Origin: Chrysemys picta bellii
Taxonomy: Eukaryota
Length of the DNA: 64,000 bases
Assembly (NCBI RefSeq): GCF_011386835.1
Contig: NC_088812.1
Coordinates: 11,656,001-11,720,000, forward strand
Reading direction: 5' to 3'
This document shows positions 11,106 to 24,418 of the stretch, piece after piece (position 1 is the stretch's first letter; the number at the start of each line of letters is the position of its first letter). The notes below the pieces were generated by a model, which was not told the origin of the DNA, ran no database searches, and was given only the letters and a program-made list of their open reading frames with translations. Made by a program: the position numbers and the translations under genes.

Positions 11106-14054
11106 GGGGCGCTGCCAGGTCCCACCCCGGAGGTGACCCCAGCCTGGGGGGCTGCGGGGACCCTCACCCATTTCCCAAAGAACGCGCCCCTCCCGGGGAA
11201 GGACAAGTGGCTAGCAACGCCACAGGGTGGCTTCCAGTCCAACTGCTCCTCCGCAGTCAGCCAGCCAGGAGCTGGGCAGAGCCGGCTCCGCTTCTGGCAG
11301 ATGGAGGAGCCCCGGCGAGGTCAGGACTTGTCGCACCGACGCCCGGGACTCGGTGGAGGGGGATGGGGAAGAAACCAGACCACACGAGCCCCAGCGTCCA
11401 CTCCGCTCCCAGAGACAGAACCTGGCTCCCAGCCCCCTGTCTATCCCAACAAGCCAAGGCAGGGTGAGCAGGTGAGACGAGCCCGGCTCTGGGGGCACCA
11501 GGGGCTGGACCTGCATTTGACAAGCGAGCATTTCACGAGGGCTCCCTGGGGCCCCGCCAGTCGCTGGGAAGGCCTGGTTCTGCTGGCGGCTCGGCGTGCT
11601 GGGCCCCAGGCAGCGCTGTCCCGGGGCCAGTCACAGCTGCTGCGCAGACACACCTTGGTCCCCCCTCTTTGGGATCCCGCTGGCACGGGGCACTGGGCTG
11701 GGAGATTAGGCTTTGCCCCAGCTGACACATTGCTGTGCTGCCCAGGGGCTGGGCCGAGCCCCCCCAGCCCCTCCAGGTGACCATTTGAGGCCAGGAAGCA
11801 CAAGGCTCACCCCCTCCTCGTGTTAGCAGGCCTGGCTGCAGGCCCGTTGCTGGTACGACCCAGGGCTGCTGCCCCACAGATCCACCCATCTCGGTACCCT
11901 GGGAGCGCCCGGCCTGGGCTGAGCAAAGGGGCCAGGGTTCACCTGCAGGAGACAGAGCGGATATTTACCTCTGTGGAGCCAGCGGCTCCAAACTCCTTCA
12001 CCGCAGGGCTCAGGGTCGCAAGGAGGGGAAGGGGGACTGGCTCCCTGCTCCCCACGCCCTGGGGGAGGACCCAGAGGCTCATGCCCCACAGCACTCAGCC
12101 ACTGCCAGCACTGCTCCCAGTGCAATGAGCCCCTGGCTGCTGGGGCTTGTCTGAGGAGCTGGCACGGCACTACAGAGCCCCACTGACGGGCTGGCTTGGC
12201 CCCTGGCGCGAGGCCCACGGCGGGAGCAACAGCTGAGCCCCCAAAACACCCTATTCCCTCCCCACAAAGCGGGCGGTGAGGCCTCGTCAGGGCAGGACGA
12301 GGGGAAGGGGCGGCAAGTGCCAACGTGCAGCCGCAGCGGGGCAGGGAGCCAGCTCCCTCCAGCAAATTCCAGCGGAGCTGGGAGCAGGCGCCGGTTGGGC
12401 TGGTGCTGCTGCATTTGCCACACCGCCACGCGCTGAGAGCTACGGGGGTAGGGAAGGTGGCAGACCCGGAAACCGTCACCACACGCCGCAACACAAGACA
12501 CCGACACCCTGCAGCCCAGAGACACCCCCAGAGACGCAGAGCACTCGGCCTCAGCGCGACAGAAAACCCAAACCACCCAATACGGGGCACAACCCTGGGA
12601 CTGCTCTAAGCAGGTCGCTCTCGCTACGCTGCTCAGGGCTGTGAAATCCACCGGTTGGGTCGACTCAGCCCCAGGCCGACGGCTCTCTCAGAGGTGGATT
12701 CACTGCGATCCATCGGCAGAACAACTCCTCCCGGCGCTGCAGCGGCCGTCTCAGCACCGTACCAAACCCAACCGCCCAATGGCCACATGGCTCTGAGAAC
12801 CGACAGGCAACGCGGCTCCTGAACGAAACACTCGCTCTTTGCTTCTCCCCAGAGCCCCGTTACTGACCGGACTGCAGCCTCCACTGCTAGCCACACCCTC
12901 CCCATTACCACAGCTAGTTAACCGGGCCCCCCACAACCAGAGAGAGCCCCCCGCTCCTGCCAGCCCTCCCCAGACAAGAAAATGAGCTTGGTGCCCGACT
13001 GAAACCATCGACGGGGCAGCTCTGATCCAGGGAACGTTCCACCGTCGAATTCCTTTGTCGCTGGCTTTCCCTGCCCCCAGCGATCTGGGCTTGTTCCAGT
13101 CAGGTGTAACGGGGTCCCTGCTCTGTGCTGAAGCCTTGGCTAAGGACACAGGTCCTGTGTGAGCACACGGGGCCAGCTTCGCCCTCCCATGCCGGGAGCC
13201 TGCCCCATCTCGCCCCGGGCAGGAAGCTCACGTTGGCGTGTAGCCGGGCCCCGGGCGAGCCTGATTCAGCAAGACGATGAAAACACCGGCTGGCCCCAGC
13301 CACGCGGCGGGGCCAGACCGGGCAGGCCCCCGGGCGAGGAGATTTTAAACACAGGCGACAGCTCTCTTTCCAGATGTGAACAGGCTCCCGGGAGGAAGTG
13401 TAAAACAAGCAATGGCCAGACTTTGCTCCGGAGCCGAGATCCTGAGCTAACCTCGCCGTGACAAGCCAGAGGATGATACAAGGCAACCGGCCAGTTACTT
13501 GAACTCTCAAAGGCAGAAGGTGGGGTTTGCCGGCGTTCCTACACCGCAGCTCCTTAGACCCTGGCAGGGTGCAGCGGCCACTGAGAATAGCTCACTTGGT
13601 TTTAAAAAGCGATACACTGGCCTGGCAGGTTTCTGGGACACGCAGCAGAGCCGCCTCGGAGCTGCACAGACAGAGGGAAGTGAAGCACAAGTGGATGTGA
13701 CGGGCGGAGGCCTGGGTCACCCAGGGGCTGGAAGCACAGAGTGACCCACAACGCCCGCTAAGGGCAGCAGGAGCTCCAGCGGTTCCGTGCTCCTGGGAGT
13801 CCGGCTTGGGGCGTCTCAGGTCGAAAGCTCAAGCACCAAAGTGAGTGGCCCGGTCTCGAAAACTCTGGCTAAAATCTCCAAGTGCCGGAGAGGTGGTTTG
13901 ATGGAGCTCACGACAGACAGGAGGGGTCAGCGAGAAGGTTAACGGTCTGGGCAGGGGGCAGCACCTGGCCATGGCCGAATTCAGAGCTGGTGTGAGCAGC
14001 CACAGGGACAATAACCCTCTGCCCAGCTCAGAGCCCTGTCAGGCAGGTCAGCAT

Positions 14055-14160
14055 CATCCCAGTTTTACAGATGGGGAAACTGAGGCAGAGAGCAAGGCTG
14101 GGACCTGCCAAGGTCACCGAGGGACAGAGCCAGGAATAGAACCCAGGAGTCCTGACTGCC
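14055..14160 (-). mobile_element. MIR-like CORE-SINE fragment
   Basis: ttttacagatggggaaactgaggcagag...aaggtcac...agaacccaggagtcctgac core motif in reverse orientation. Confidence 0.7.
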
Positions 14161-14479
14161 CCCTCCCCGTCCTGCCGTCTAACGTGTGGGGGGGGTCGCT
14201 CTAGGGGTGTTTTACGGACCCTCGCAGTGCACGGGTGGCCTTCGTCCATTGCACTAACGGGGCGGCCAGAGCACATGCTCGGAGCCCAGGCCTGGGGTAA
14301 GGCCGAGCCCCCCACCCCCCCAACCCAGCCTCCAAAGAGCCCCGGTCCCGAACCAGGGGCCCGGCAGGCAGCTTGGGACGGAGGAGCAGGGGGAGCTGGG
14401 AAGGGGGCTCCGAGCTACGACCCCCCCCAGGAATTCCTCCTCCCTGCAGGACCAGGGAGCCGCAGCCCCGGGGGACACG

Positions 14480-15130
14480 CGCCAGGGCCCCCCCAGCCCC
14501 CAGCCCCAGCTCTGCCAGCAGTGGCCAGGCTGCGCAAAGGGGCGGTGGGCTGCGGGGCCCGGATCCCCGAGGGTCTGTCCGAGGCCGGGGGGGGCGGGGG
14601 GGGGCAGAGCTTCCGCCCCAGCCCGGAACACACAGGCGCAGCTTCAAGTTGGTTCCAGCCCCCAGCCCCCAGCGCACGCGGCCAGACAACTTCGCTGGAG
14701 ACTTCAGGGCGCAGCGCGGCAGCGGCCCGGCGCGGCTCCGGATTGGCACCGGGAGCGGGAGGGAATCCGGTCCGCACCCCCCCGGGAACGCGAGCCCGAG
14801 CTCGCTGCAGGACTCACCCGCCGGCCGGCGCTGCAGGGGGGCGCTCCCCGGACGGGCTCGGCCCGGGCTCCTGCCTGCGGAGGCCACTCCGGGTGGAAAG
14901 CGAAGTGATGTCACGGCTCGGGGGGGGGGGGGAGCCCCCCCGCAGCCTGACCCGCCGCAGCCAATCGGCGCCGGGTCTCCCCGCCAGATGTTTCCCATTT
15001 GGGAGCCCGCGGCAGCCCGGGCTGGGCCGGTTCGAAACCCGGGCCGGGGTGGGGGGGACCTGGGGGGCCAAGGCAGCGGCTGCGCTCTGGGGCCAGGGGC
15101 ATTTGCTAAGCGCCCCCAGGGCCTGAGCCG
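14480..15130 (-). promoter_or_regulatory. NCKAP5L: CpG island, probable NCKAP5L promoter and first non-coding exon (exon ends at 14818)
   Basis: CpG-dense; donor CGG|GTGAGT at 14817; CCAAT at 14961-14965; CRE-like TGATGTCA near 14906. Confidence 0.55.
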
Positions 15131-15381
15131 CTAATCCGGGGGGGGAGCCGAGCCCAGACCTCTAGACCCCGCCAGCCTGCCCGGGAGGGGGGCACACAGG
15201 ACACCGTGCAGTCAGCCCAGCCGTGGGGCGGAGGGGACTCGTTGGGGGCAGGTTGCTTCCACTCTGCCCCTGGGGGGGGGCTATTCGGCGAGCTGCAACA
15301 CTGGCCACTAGCCTGCGCCACGGTGGGCCACAGCCCCATGGCTATGCCCTCCAGGGGTCCCGACGGCACCCCCGTCAGCCG

Positions 15382-15505
15382 CCAGCTCCAGGGACCTCCC
15401 ACAGCGGGGCACTGCCCCGTCCCCCACCAGCTCCAGGGACCTCCCACAGCAGGGCACTGCCCCGTCCCCCACCAGCTCCAGGGACCTCCCGCAGCGGGGC
15501 ACGGT
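15382..15505. repeat. 45-bp tandem repeat, about 2.7 copies
   Basis: ccagctccagggacctccc at 15382, 15427 and 15472. Confidence 0.9.
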
Positions 15506-18500
15506 CCCATCCCCCCACAGCAGCCCAGCCCCACGCATCCCCTCCGGCACCCGGCTCAATTCCAGCCAGTGGCACCCGCATGCGGACCTCTGGGGCTCCT
15601 CTCCCCGTCCCATGTTAACCCCCCTCCCGCCCACACCCCTGTAGCCGACATTTCTCTATGTTCTGGGCCCCTCGGCGGTGTCGTAACAGCTCCCAGCCCT
15701 GGCTCCAGCAAGCACAGACCAAACCAGGCTGCTTCGGGCCGCTCCGGTCTCCGCTATGTGTCAGATTTACCCCTCTGAGGCCCATGAGCGGAGCCAGTCC
15801 CCTCCCCGCCCCATCACAATGCCAGCACTGTTCACCGACAAGCCCAGCAAAGGAAACCGGCTCGGGCGCTGCCAAGTAGCTACAGGGCCCCCGCACAAAG
15901 ACTCTGTTTCAGGGGCCTGCTGGCAGCGCCAGGAGATGTCTCCCCTTTGCCAGGCGCAGACGTGGCCAGGATGCTGGCAGGTACAACGCGCATCCCTTCC
16001 TGTAACCCGCTGGTAAGTTTCCCTTCTCTGCCACCTCCTGCCACAACGAGCCCAACCTGCCAGGGTGTTGGCAGATTTCGTACCGCTGGCCGTTCCCCCT
16101 CTAGGGCTGGTGCAGAGGAGCTGGCGGCCAGGCAGGTCACCAGGCCGCCGGGGGGGGGGGGGGGGGGCAGACGCACATCAAGGCTTTTGTGGGTCGTCTG
16201 CAAGATGCACCCATCACGCCCGCGCCGCATGGCCCAGATGAAAGTCCCAACCCTCTGTCCCAGCAAGAAAGCCTGTTTTGAGGGTTCAGGAGGCCAGAGG
16301 GGAGATGGTCCCAGTGAGAGGCACGGTCAGCAGAAGGCCCTGGCGCATGGCCCGCTAAACAAACTAGAGGCACCCATGTTTCACAAGCTAAGGAGAGTCA
16401 GCTCAGGCGTAGGACAGCTCTGAGCAACGCTTGGTGCTGCAGGGAGCTGTGCAGATCGCTCGGCCCGGGCCCCTCAGAACCAGCGCTGACCCCCTTGCTC
16501 TGGCCTGGGAGAAGGTGCTGTGAGCCTCCCGTCATTCAGGAGATGGACCGAGCTACAGTCACAACCAAACGGGGCCGTTCAAGAGGTGCTAGCTCCAGAC
16601 TCCGGCCAAATTCTCACGTGGGCAGCTACATTCTGCCTCCCCTTTCCCCCAGGAGGTGCTACTTCCCTTCCCCTCCGCTTTCATCCCAAAGGTGGCTGCA
16701 TTTTAGTGCTTGGCAGACAGGCCCGAGACCCTGAATCTGTGCAGTCAGGTCTTTGCATGCATGGAGCTCTGCTGAAATCAAGGTGGAGGCGAGGTCGGTG
16801 GAGCCGGCCTGGGAACAGCCTTCCCTAGCTCACACGGTGCTGGGAGGCAAAACTAGCCGTGGCTTGCGAGAGCCTCCACCAGGAGTGAGAAGGCCGAGGT
16901 GCCCTACAGCAAGCCCGCAGCTCAGGCTGCTCTTCCCTAGGGAGGGGGGGTCCCCCCACCCCCAGCTCTCCAGACAGCTAATAAAGGGCCGGGAGAGGAG
17001 CCTCTGGACAACCATGCACCAAGGGCGCGGCCAGTTCACTCCACTCACCCTGCAAGCGCCTCCCCATGGATGCCACTGACCCTGCTCAGCCACCCTCCCT
17101 TCCACATCCCAACGCCTCCTGGAATCCAGGCTCCCGCCCGGCTACATAAGGGGCAGGACAGACATGGAGCTAGGCTGGTTGCCTGGGCTCCATCCCCCGC
17201 TCCAGGAGGGGAGTGGGCTCTAACGGCTTGGCAAAGAGGGAGAGTCACCGCAGCAGCCTGTAAATAGGGCAGGTGGGCACCAAGAAAGGGCGACATGTCT
17301 GACCAGCAGCCCCCTACTCCCTCCACACACATCCTACCCCCAGGCGCCTGCCCTCCCTCGAAACGCTGCAGCGGATTGATGGAGCGGACGAGCCATGTGG
17401 AACGTTGTTATGGCTACGGACCGCCCCGCCTCGCTGGCCCTTCGCCAGTGTGTGTGGGGTGGAGAGAACATGCCCTGGGGGCCCGGGACAGGCGCTGCAC
17501 GGGCGCAGCACCCCACGGAGACTGAGCTCCTTGGGGCCGGGACCGCGTTGTGTTCTGGTGTACTGTCATACACCTAAGGAATACCCCAAGCCCTGTCCAT
17601 TGGCAAGGCCAGGAGCAGTAACACGTCAGCTGCGAGCCAACGAATCCCCCGCGGCGTGGTGGAAGGTTAGAGAGCAGCATCCATAGAGGGGTGCTACCGA
17701 ATCTCCTCAGGGCGAGGTACCGCCGCTTAGTGAGCACAGCAGAGGGGGAGGGAAAGGAAAACATTCAAGGGGACGCACAGGCGTTGCTGTGTTTAACCCA
17801 AGCTCCCTTTGCACGTCTCCCCCAAGGGCAAGAGGCAAGCACCCGGCCTTCTGAAACAGAGAGGGAGCGGGCTGCTGCTCTCACTGACAGGAAGGGAGGC
17901 ACGTGCACTGCCAAGCAGGCCATACCCAGGAGCGTTGGCAAGATCCAGGCCGGAGACTCTGCGTTGCCATGCAGGCAGCATCCTGGCCGGACTGCTCCCG
18001 CTGCCTCTCAAGTCACCGGGGGCTTTGTCTGACCTCCCTGGCAGGACCAGGGCTCCGTCGCTCCATTGAGCGAACTGGGAGCCGCACTCTGGCTCTGCTG
18101 TTTGCAGGAAGGGGCAGTCTTTTGCTAATGTGCAAAATCCAGCCATGCACGCAAGGGAGCCAGGCTCTAGCCGTACAGGACATACAAAGGACTTGCACGG
18201 GGCTTCGGGACGGCTAGAGCAACAGTTCAATAAATAAATACAAATCAAATCAAAGCCTCAAACGGGTTGAACCTTACCATTCCTCTAACTGACGAGTCGC
18301 TTGTGCGGTTAAATTACACAAACAACGCCAGCCCTGGCTCCCAGGCCAAGAACTCATGGGCAGAGCTAGGAAGCCCTAAAAATAGGGGATTTGTAATGGG
18401 AAAGTCTGGCAGCCCCTGTCCATTGCAGGGCTACGCAGGCGCCGCTCTCACCAAACCACAGAGCAGCAGATGATCTTTTGGGGTTTCACGTTGTAAGAGG

Positions 18501-19021
18501 GAGTGAAACATGACCGTGTGTATTTTTACCGGACGTGGCAAGACTCAGGTGGTTTGCAGCCCCATGGTTTTCATTCCACGAACTCCCCAGAGGCCCACGT
18601 CCCATGGTCCCGACACAGAGGATGCTGTGCCCTTGCAGTCTCTCTCCTTTGACTGCTCTCAAGTTACACAGGGGCCAAGATGACGTAAAGTTGTATTTCC
18701 TCCCTCCCCCCCTCCCCTCCAAAGATCTTTTGTGCACGCACAGTATTCACGAACAATGAAACTGCTCCCAGACTAGCGAGAGTATCCCAGGTCCACAGGA
18801 ACATGCGCTCTATGTACGCAGCCCCAGAGAGCAGGGGAGTTTCACTTTCCCTTCAACACTCAAAGGATCAACCCCCTTGCCACCCGAATTGAAATGAGGC
18901 CTCTAAGTCCAGACAGCGTTACGAGCCGTTTTACCTTTCACAGGAGGATCTCGATGCACTCTGGGGCAGCAGAGGCAGGAGGCGACAAACCTCAGGAACA
19001 TGGTCATTTTCTTCTGATGTC

Positions 19022-19027
19022 TTTATT
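19022..19027 (-). terminator. KANSL2: Candidate KANSL2 polyadenylation signal
   Basis: AATAAA on the minus strand, about 700 nt after the stop codon. Confidence 0.5.
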
Positions 19028-19721
19028 GTCTTTTTGTGGAAGGGGGGATGGAAATGTCCCCGTTCCGATTACAAACTGGAAACTTTGTACAGCACATTTA
19101 TACATTGTTATTTTACACACGATTAGCACCCTACGGCTCGTCCATCGGTTAAAGCTAGGGTGAGGAGCTTACAATGCCAGAGGAATGACAGCGGTCGCAC
19201 ACCAGAATGAGAAGCTTGCTTTAGTACACGGTGCTACAGTCTGAACAAGCCAAGCCACTGCCTAGCACATGCATCCCTGACAGGCTGACTCGAGAATGTT
19301 CAGTCCCCACCTGGGAAAACTTTCAGTTTGGCTCATTTGCCCCTCTCCATGGATACATCACAACTTCGCTAACTGAGCGTGCGTCCCACGAGCCGCCTAC
19401 CCTTTCTCCATCTCTTCTACCCTGACTGGGAATGACAGTGTCTCACTAGCCAGCTGCGCCTTTGGCAGGCTTCACCAAAAGGAACCAGAACTGAATGAGG
19501 GGGAAGGACTGGCAGGAAAGCAACCGACTGGAACCTGTCACATGAGCTCCTGGGCAGACATTTCACCATTCCCCGGTTTCACTGATCTGGCCACAATACT
19601 CGGGTGGAAAGGTGAAGTGTTGGGTTACCATACTCCGTCAACCACGTGTATTTCACGCTCAGGTCCGTTTCAGGGCGGCCAAGACTTCCATCAAGAAAAA
19701 GGATTCCAATCCAAGACCTTA

Positions 19722-19856
19722 TCAGCTGATGGAGGCTGGTTCTGGATTCCCATTGGCTGCTGCCAGTCTTCCATGTGACCGGGTGGAGGCTGCAGTGTCC
19801 GCCAGCTTCCTGTCTTCCTCTGGTCCAGGCCTGCCCACCCCCGTCTGCAGGTGACT
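19722..19856 (-). CDS. KANSL2: KAT8 regulatory NSL complex subunit 2, last coding exon (10)
   Basis: Acceptor ttttctgtctttaacag; encodes SHLQTG...RLAAANGNPEPASIS*, matching the recalled human end LATANGKPEPTSIS*. Confidence 0.9.
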   Translation of the reverse strand, partial: SHLQTGVGRPGPEEDRKLADTAASTRSHGRLAAANGNPEPASIS

Positions 19857-20046
19857 CTGTTAAAGACAGAAAATCCACAGTCACAATCCCAGCACCTGAC
19901 CGAGTTGGATTTCACGCACATGCATGCGAGCACAGGAACCACGAGGCGCTGCAGCCAGGCCAGCTGCAGGCCAGAGTAGGGTGGGAGCTCCAGAGCGATT
20001 CCAGTCCAGCAGCCCTCCCCCCTCCTGGTGGAGACCTCCATTTGCA

Positions 20047-20183
20047 GACTGTTACTTCCAACTGAATTGGCCGTTCCCTGTAAGAGGCTCTGGGACGGCC
20101 AACAGACCATGGGAAGGAATTCCTCTGGGCTCCTGCTTGAAACCAACGGCTACAGCAAACCGAGGGCCTTGATTCAGGGCCTG
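20047..20183 (-). ncRNA. SNORA2: SNORA2-family box H/ACA snoRNA in KANSL2 intron 9
   Basis: 137 nt beginning CAGGCCCTGAATCAAGGCC; H box AGAGGA; ACA three nt from the 3' end; KANSL2 is the known host of this family. Confidence 0.9.
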
Positions 20184-20958
20184 CCGCTGGGGCATTTCAG
20201 AACTGCCAGCTTGAACCCCAAGCTTAGGCCCTAGTGCCCCAGGCTGGTAAGAGCTGGGAGCAGCGCTCTCAGCTCCTGGAAGGTCGCCGCTTTCCAGAGA
20301 AGCAGCAGCATCCAGCCCTCCCCAGCAATCTGAGGGAAGGGAAAAGGGCTCCAGGGGCCACCTCCAGAGAAAACACCAACCCCTTAGCAATCTCCTGGCT
20401 GAGCCATGTGTCTGAGCCGGATGTCGCAGGGGGAGGAGGTGTTTGAGATGCCTGGGAGAAGCAAGGTAGAAACAAGACAGCTACGGAGTAAACGTTCCTT
20501 TGGAATCACCACACCGGAGAGACAGGACTTTCCACAGCAGCTCAGGCCACTGGCCTGGTACACGGCCTTCAGTGCAGACCACGCCCCAATGCCTCCCATA
20601 GAGATGTATCCTGTCTGGCCCCCCCAACACACACAAATAGTGCACCAGCTTAGCTGTGCAGCGAGGCATGTAGGGGAAAGGTTCCTTCCCGACCCTTGCA
20701 GGCAATCAGCTAATGCCCAGAAACATGTAATAATCCACGCGTAACGTGGCTGGGCGGAGTGGGGCCACGGCTGGCTTTCCATAGGAGAGCCGCATGGAGC
20801 TTTGGCCAATAGAGAGCTGACCCAGTAGCTCGTAAAAGGGGAGCACCTCCCCCATCGGCCAACTCCTTACAGAGTTCTGGAGGGAAATACTGCCCAGATC
20901 GGCAGCTTTCCTGCTACTGCTTCAGGGCTGGAAGCCCCAGGCGCATCCCCGGCTCTAC

Positions 20959-21198
20959 CTGGGCAGGTGGCTCTGCCAGAGACTCCAGAGTTGGCAAGGC
21001 GGCTTGGCCAGCAGAGCTCCCTCTGTCCAGCTGGGTTGCCTGGGTCGGGAAGCCTGGCTGAGGAGGTTCTTCATGGGCCAGTATGTCTACAGCAGCCTCA
21101 GCAATATCTTTGATGGCCTGATCTTCCAGGGCCCCGGAGGAGTCAAAGAGCAGAGGGGAAGGGGGACACTGCATGCTATCTCCCACCACGTCTAAATC
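20959..21198 (-). CDS. KANSL2: KANSL2 exon 9 (donor position inferred)
   Basis: Encodes [19 protein letters not shown]..., with acceptor ttctcttgcag. The phase-0 donor is CAG|GTAGAG at 20958. The 5' half is high confidence, the 3' boundary less so. Confidence 0.8.
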
Positions 21199-23382
21199 CT
21201 GCAAGAGAAAACACCCACCAGCAGGCTTCACGGGGCTGCGTGGACGACAGAGGGGAGATTTGGGCCCCCTTTCCACATTGCCCACTTCCATCACAGGGCA
21301 AAGACCATGGGCCTGAGTTTAGGAATGCTGGGCACCCACAGCTCCACTGCAGGGGCTTAGCAAGTCTGAACGTCCTGGGAGAACCCAAAGGGAGCAGTCA
21401 AACTGGCAGAGCCCAGGCAGCCCCTGTTCCCATATGGAGTAGCTCCTAAGTCCCCCAGAAAAGGAGCAGGGACAATCCGACTCCAGCACCTCAGGATCTT
21501 CCTCCCAACTTGGCCATGTTATTAGAGGCCTTTAGGGGTGGGTGACTGTCGGCCTCTGACCGCAGGGCAGGCAAAGCTTCCCCCACAATGCCCCATGCCA
21601 GCGTGGTTCAGCCCTGTTTCTAAGCGCCGCCGAGGAAGCCGGAGCAGCATGCATTGGGACACCAAGAATTCCAGTCTCGCTGTCAGATCCGTTTCTCTCT
21701 TCCTCCAAACCGTGCCAGCGCGAGGAGAAACCGGCCTGTCTGGAGTTTCCCTTATTTGATAACCAAGAGTTTGGAATTCTGGGTGCAGCACGCATAGCAC
21801 GCTGGGCCAGGAAAGAAATCTGCCTCCCCCAGCAGCATTTCAATCTGGGATGGAAATGCTGAACTTCCACTGAAGACAAGTCTGAGGACCTAGGGATCTG
21901 TAGCCCTGCATGACCTACCATTGTCCTACAAACTGGATGACCAGGAAGGGACAAGCACCCAACTAAGGGGTGGGGGCAATAGGACTCGGTGAGGATCTAA
22001 TTTCAATCTCTCAGGAGCCTCAGGGGCCCCACCCAGATTATCACACCCCAGCAGAGCCCTCTCTGGGTGCTGGACAGGCACCATTGCAAAATCTACCTAC
22101 CCCCTCCTCTGTTTTATTCCTCCACTTGGCCATGCTCACAAATACATCGCCGCTGTGCCTGCTGGATGTGCTGATGAGAATGCTGACATGGGAGGCCAGG
22201 GCTGGTCGGAGGCTATTGTTAGGGGAGGGTATGTGTTTTGGCTTTGAAGGGTGGAATGTCTGTGACTGCAGAAGGACATGTTAACAGGAGAACGTTACAC
22301 TAGATAAAATGCAGAGGCCCTGGATGCGGACAAAGGTCTGAGTCCTCTCAAGCAGGAGCATGGAAAGGTTCCCTCGGGGATCCCTCTGACAGAATGAATT
22401 CCAGTACGAGAGGCCCTGGGTCTCTGATCACGTGTGTGCTTCTAGCAAGGCAGGCCCATGCTTATCTCAATAGCACGGAGAATCACACATGCTAGTAGGC
22501 CTGTTCCAAAGCCGTCCACAGCCAGGCCCAGCTCAGAGTACGGCCAGAAGGAGAGACAAGGCTCCTGAATTCCTGTCTGAACAGCCATTAACGTCCTGCA
22601 CAGGCCAGGAGAAGTCACAGCTCCAGCACGTTTCTGGCCGGAGACAATTCCTCCCCCAAAGACTGTTCTTGCATGCACCAGCAGGCCAGTCCTGCCATGC
22701 GAACACTCAAACCCCAGGGCAAAGAAAACGGACCCAATGCCCACGGCAGTCAATGGAAAGGCTCCGTTGACCTTAACGGCTCTCAGCTCATGCCTTTATG
22801 GCAGCCACAGCCGATCTAGGTTCCTAACAAGCAGCTTCAGCGCTCAGGGGCTTTTCAGTCGCTGGACCGGTGGCATATGGCCTTCTATATTAATGCCATG
22901 GCTTCTAGGGTCCCTATGGCTAAAGGAGGCGCTCTCGGCATTCCCGTCCAGCTATTTTTAAGTTGATTCCACGTCTGCTTTGAGACAAAGCATGCAGAGT
23001 GTTTGGTAATATCTAATTTATAAAGCAAGAAATGTCTCATTCAGAAAATAGATCAGAGCACCTGCAATATTTTTGTTTAAATACATTTCATTAGGATTTT
23101 TCAACATGGAGGCTTAACCCACATGCAGGACATCCCAGTAATCCAGGGATTAAAACCCTTGTGCATCCTTTATGGGATAGACGCAAAAAGCCGCTTTTCA
23201 AAAAAGCCCCTAAGTACGGATTTAAATAGACTAGCAGTTGCAAAGGAGCAATCAGGTTAAAACCCCACCAAAAGAAACATTTCCCAAACCCACTGAATTC
23301 TCTCATCTCACACAAGATGGTTCTTTCTTCAATGATTAGAAACAAAACAAGGAATTGATTGAGATACCAGCCAAGGGCAAGT

Positions 23383-23503
23383 GCAGGGAGACCAGATGTC
23401 CCCATATTATCGCAACAGTCCTGATATTGGGGGCTTTGTCTTATATAGGCACCTGTTGCACCCCTCCGTTCCCACTTTTTCATACTTGCTATCTGGTCAC
23501 CCT
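23383..23503. mobile_element. Short non-autonomous DNA transposon (MITE, probably hAT-type)
   Basis: Inverted termini cagggagaccagat ... atctggtcacccta; a related copy lies at about 36100-36220. Confidence 0.6.
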
Positions 23504-23563
23504 AGGCAAGTGGCAGGAGAGGCTTAAACTCCAGTCTCAGCTCACCCCACTGTGCCTACTTGT

Positions 23564-24148
23564 AACGTAAGAACGGCCAGACCTGGGTCCAACCAAAGGT
23601 CCATCTAGCCCAGTATCCTGTCTGCTGACAGTGACCAATGCCAGGGGCCCCAGAGGGAATGAACAGAGCAGGGAATCATCACGTGATCCATCCCCTGTTG
23701 CCCATTCCCAGCTTCTGGCAAACAGAGGCTAGGGACACTCACCCTGCCCAGCCTGGCTAATAGCTATTGATGGACCTATCCTCCAGGAACTTATCTAGTT
23801 CTTTTATGAACCCTGTTATAGTCTTGGCCTTCACAACATCCTCTGGCAAGGAGTTCCACAGGTTGACTGTGCGTTGTGTGAAAAAATACGTCCTTTTGTT
23901 TTAAACCTGCTGCCTATTAATTTCATTGCGTGACCGCTAGTTCTTGTGTTATGAGGAGGAGTAAATAACACTTCCTTATTTACTTTCTCCATATATGTCA
24001 TGATTTTATAGATCTCTATCATATCCCCCCTTGGTCATCTCTTTTCCAAGCTGAAAAGTCCCAGTCTTATTAATCTGTCCTCATACGGAAGCCATTCCAT
24101 ACCCCTAATTTTTGTTGCCCTTTTCTGAACTTTATCCAGTTTCAATAT
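23564..24148 (-). mobile_element. CR1 LINE 3' fragment
   Basis: Minus strand encodes the CR1 ORF2 C-terminus (MIEIYKIM...[17 protein letters not shown]), followed by the CR1 3'UTR ending ggccgttcttacgtt. Confidence 0.9.
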
Positions 24149-24418
24149 AACAGCTCAGATGAGCAGGCAAACCCACACCACCACAGGTACCACGACACCT
24201 AGGCACTGTATTCTGAGTCCAGACCTTTCAAGGAGTCCCTCAGAACTAGAGGTCCTGCTTGTTCTGCGTTGCTTTATAGCTCCCCCCCCCCCCCCCCATG
24301 AAATTTTTACATGGTTTTAGCATGCGTAACGATGACAGCAATGCTCTTCCTCCGTTCACTGGAGGACATCATGCCTGCACGCCGCACTACAGTGCACCGT
24401 GTGGCTGCTCCAACTTAC

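Noticed and set aside
4000-14400. Many 100-300 aa ORFs in NCKAP5L intron 1, and similar ones at 60300-64000
   Set aside because: Pro/Gly/Ala/Arg-rich, overlapping on both strands, with no recognisable domains; expected by chance at this GC content.
18225-18245. Plus-strand AATAAA cluster as the end of an antisense lncRNA
   Set aside because: No supporting exon structure; could be a chance AT-rich patch.
21199-24418. Third SNORA2 copy in KANSL2 intron 8
   Set aside because: Only a weak short resemblance near 22830-22850; no recognisable 5' hairpin, H box or ACA end. An Infernal search would settle it.
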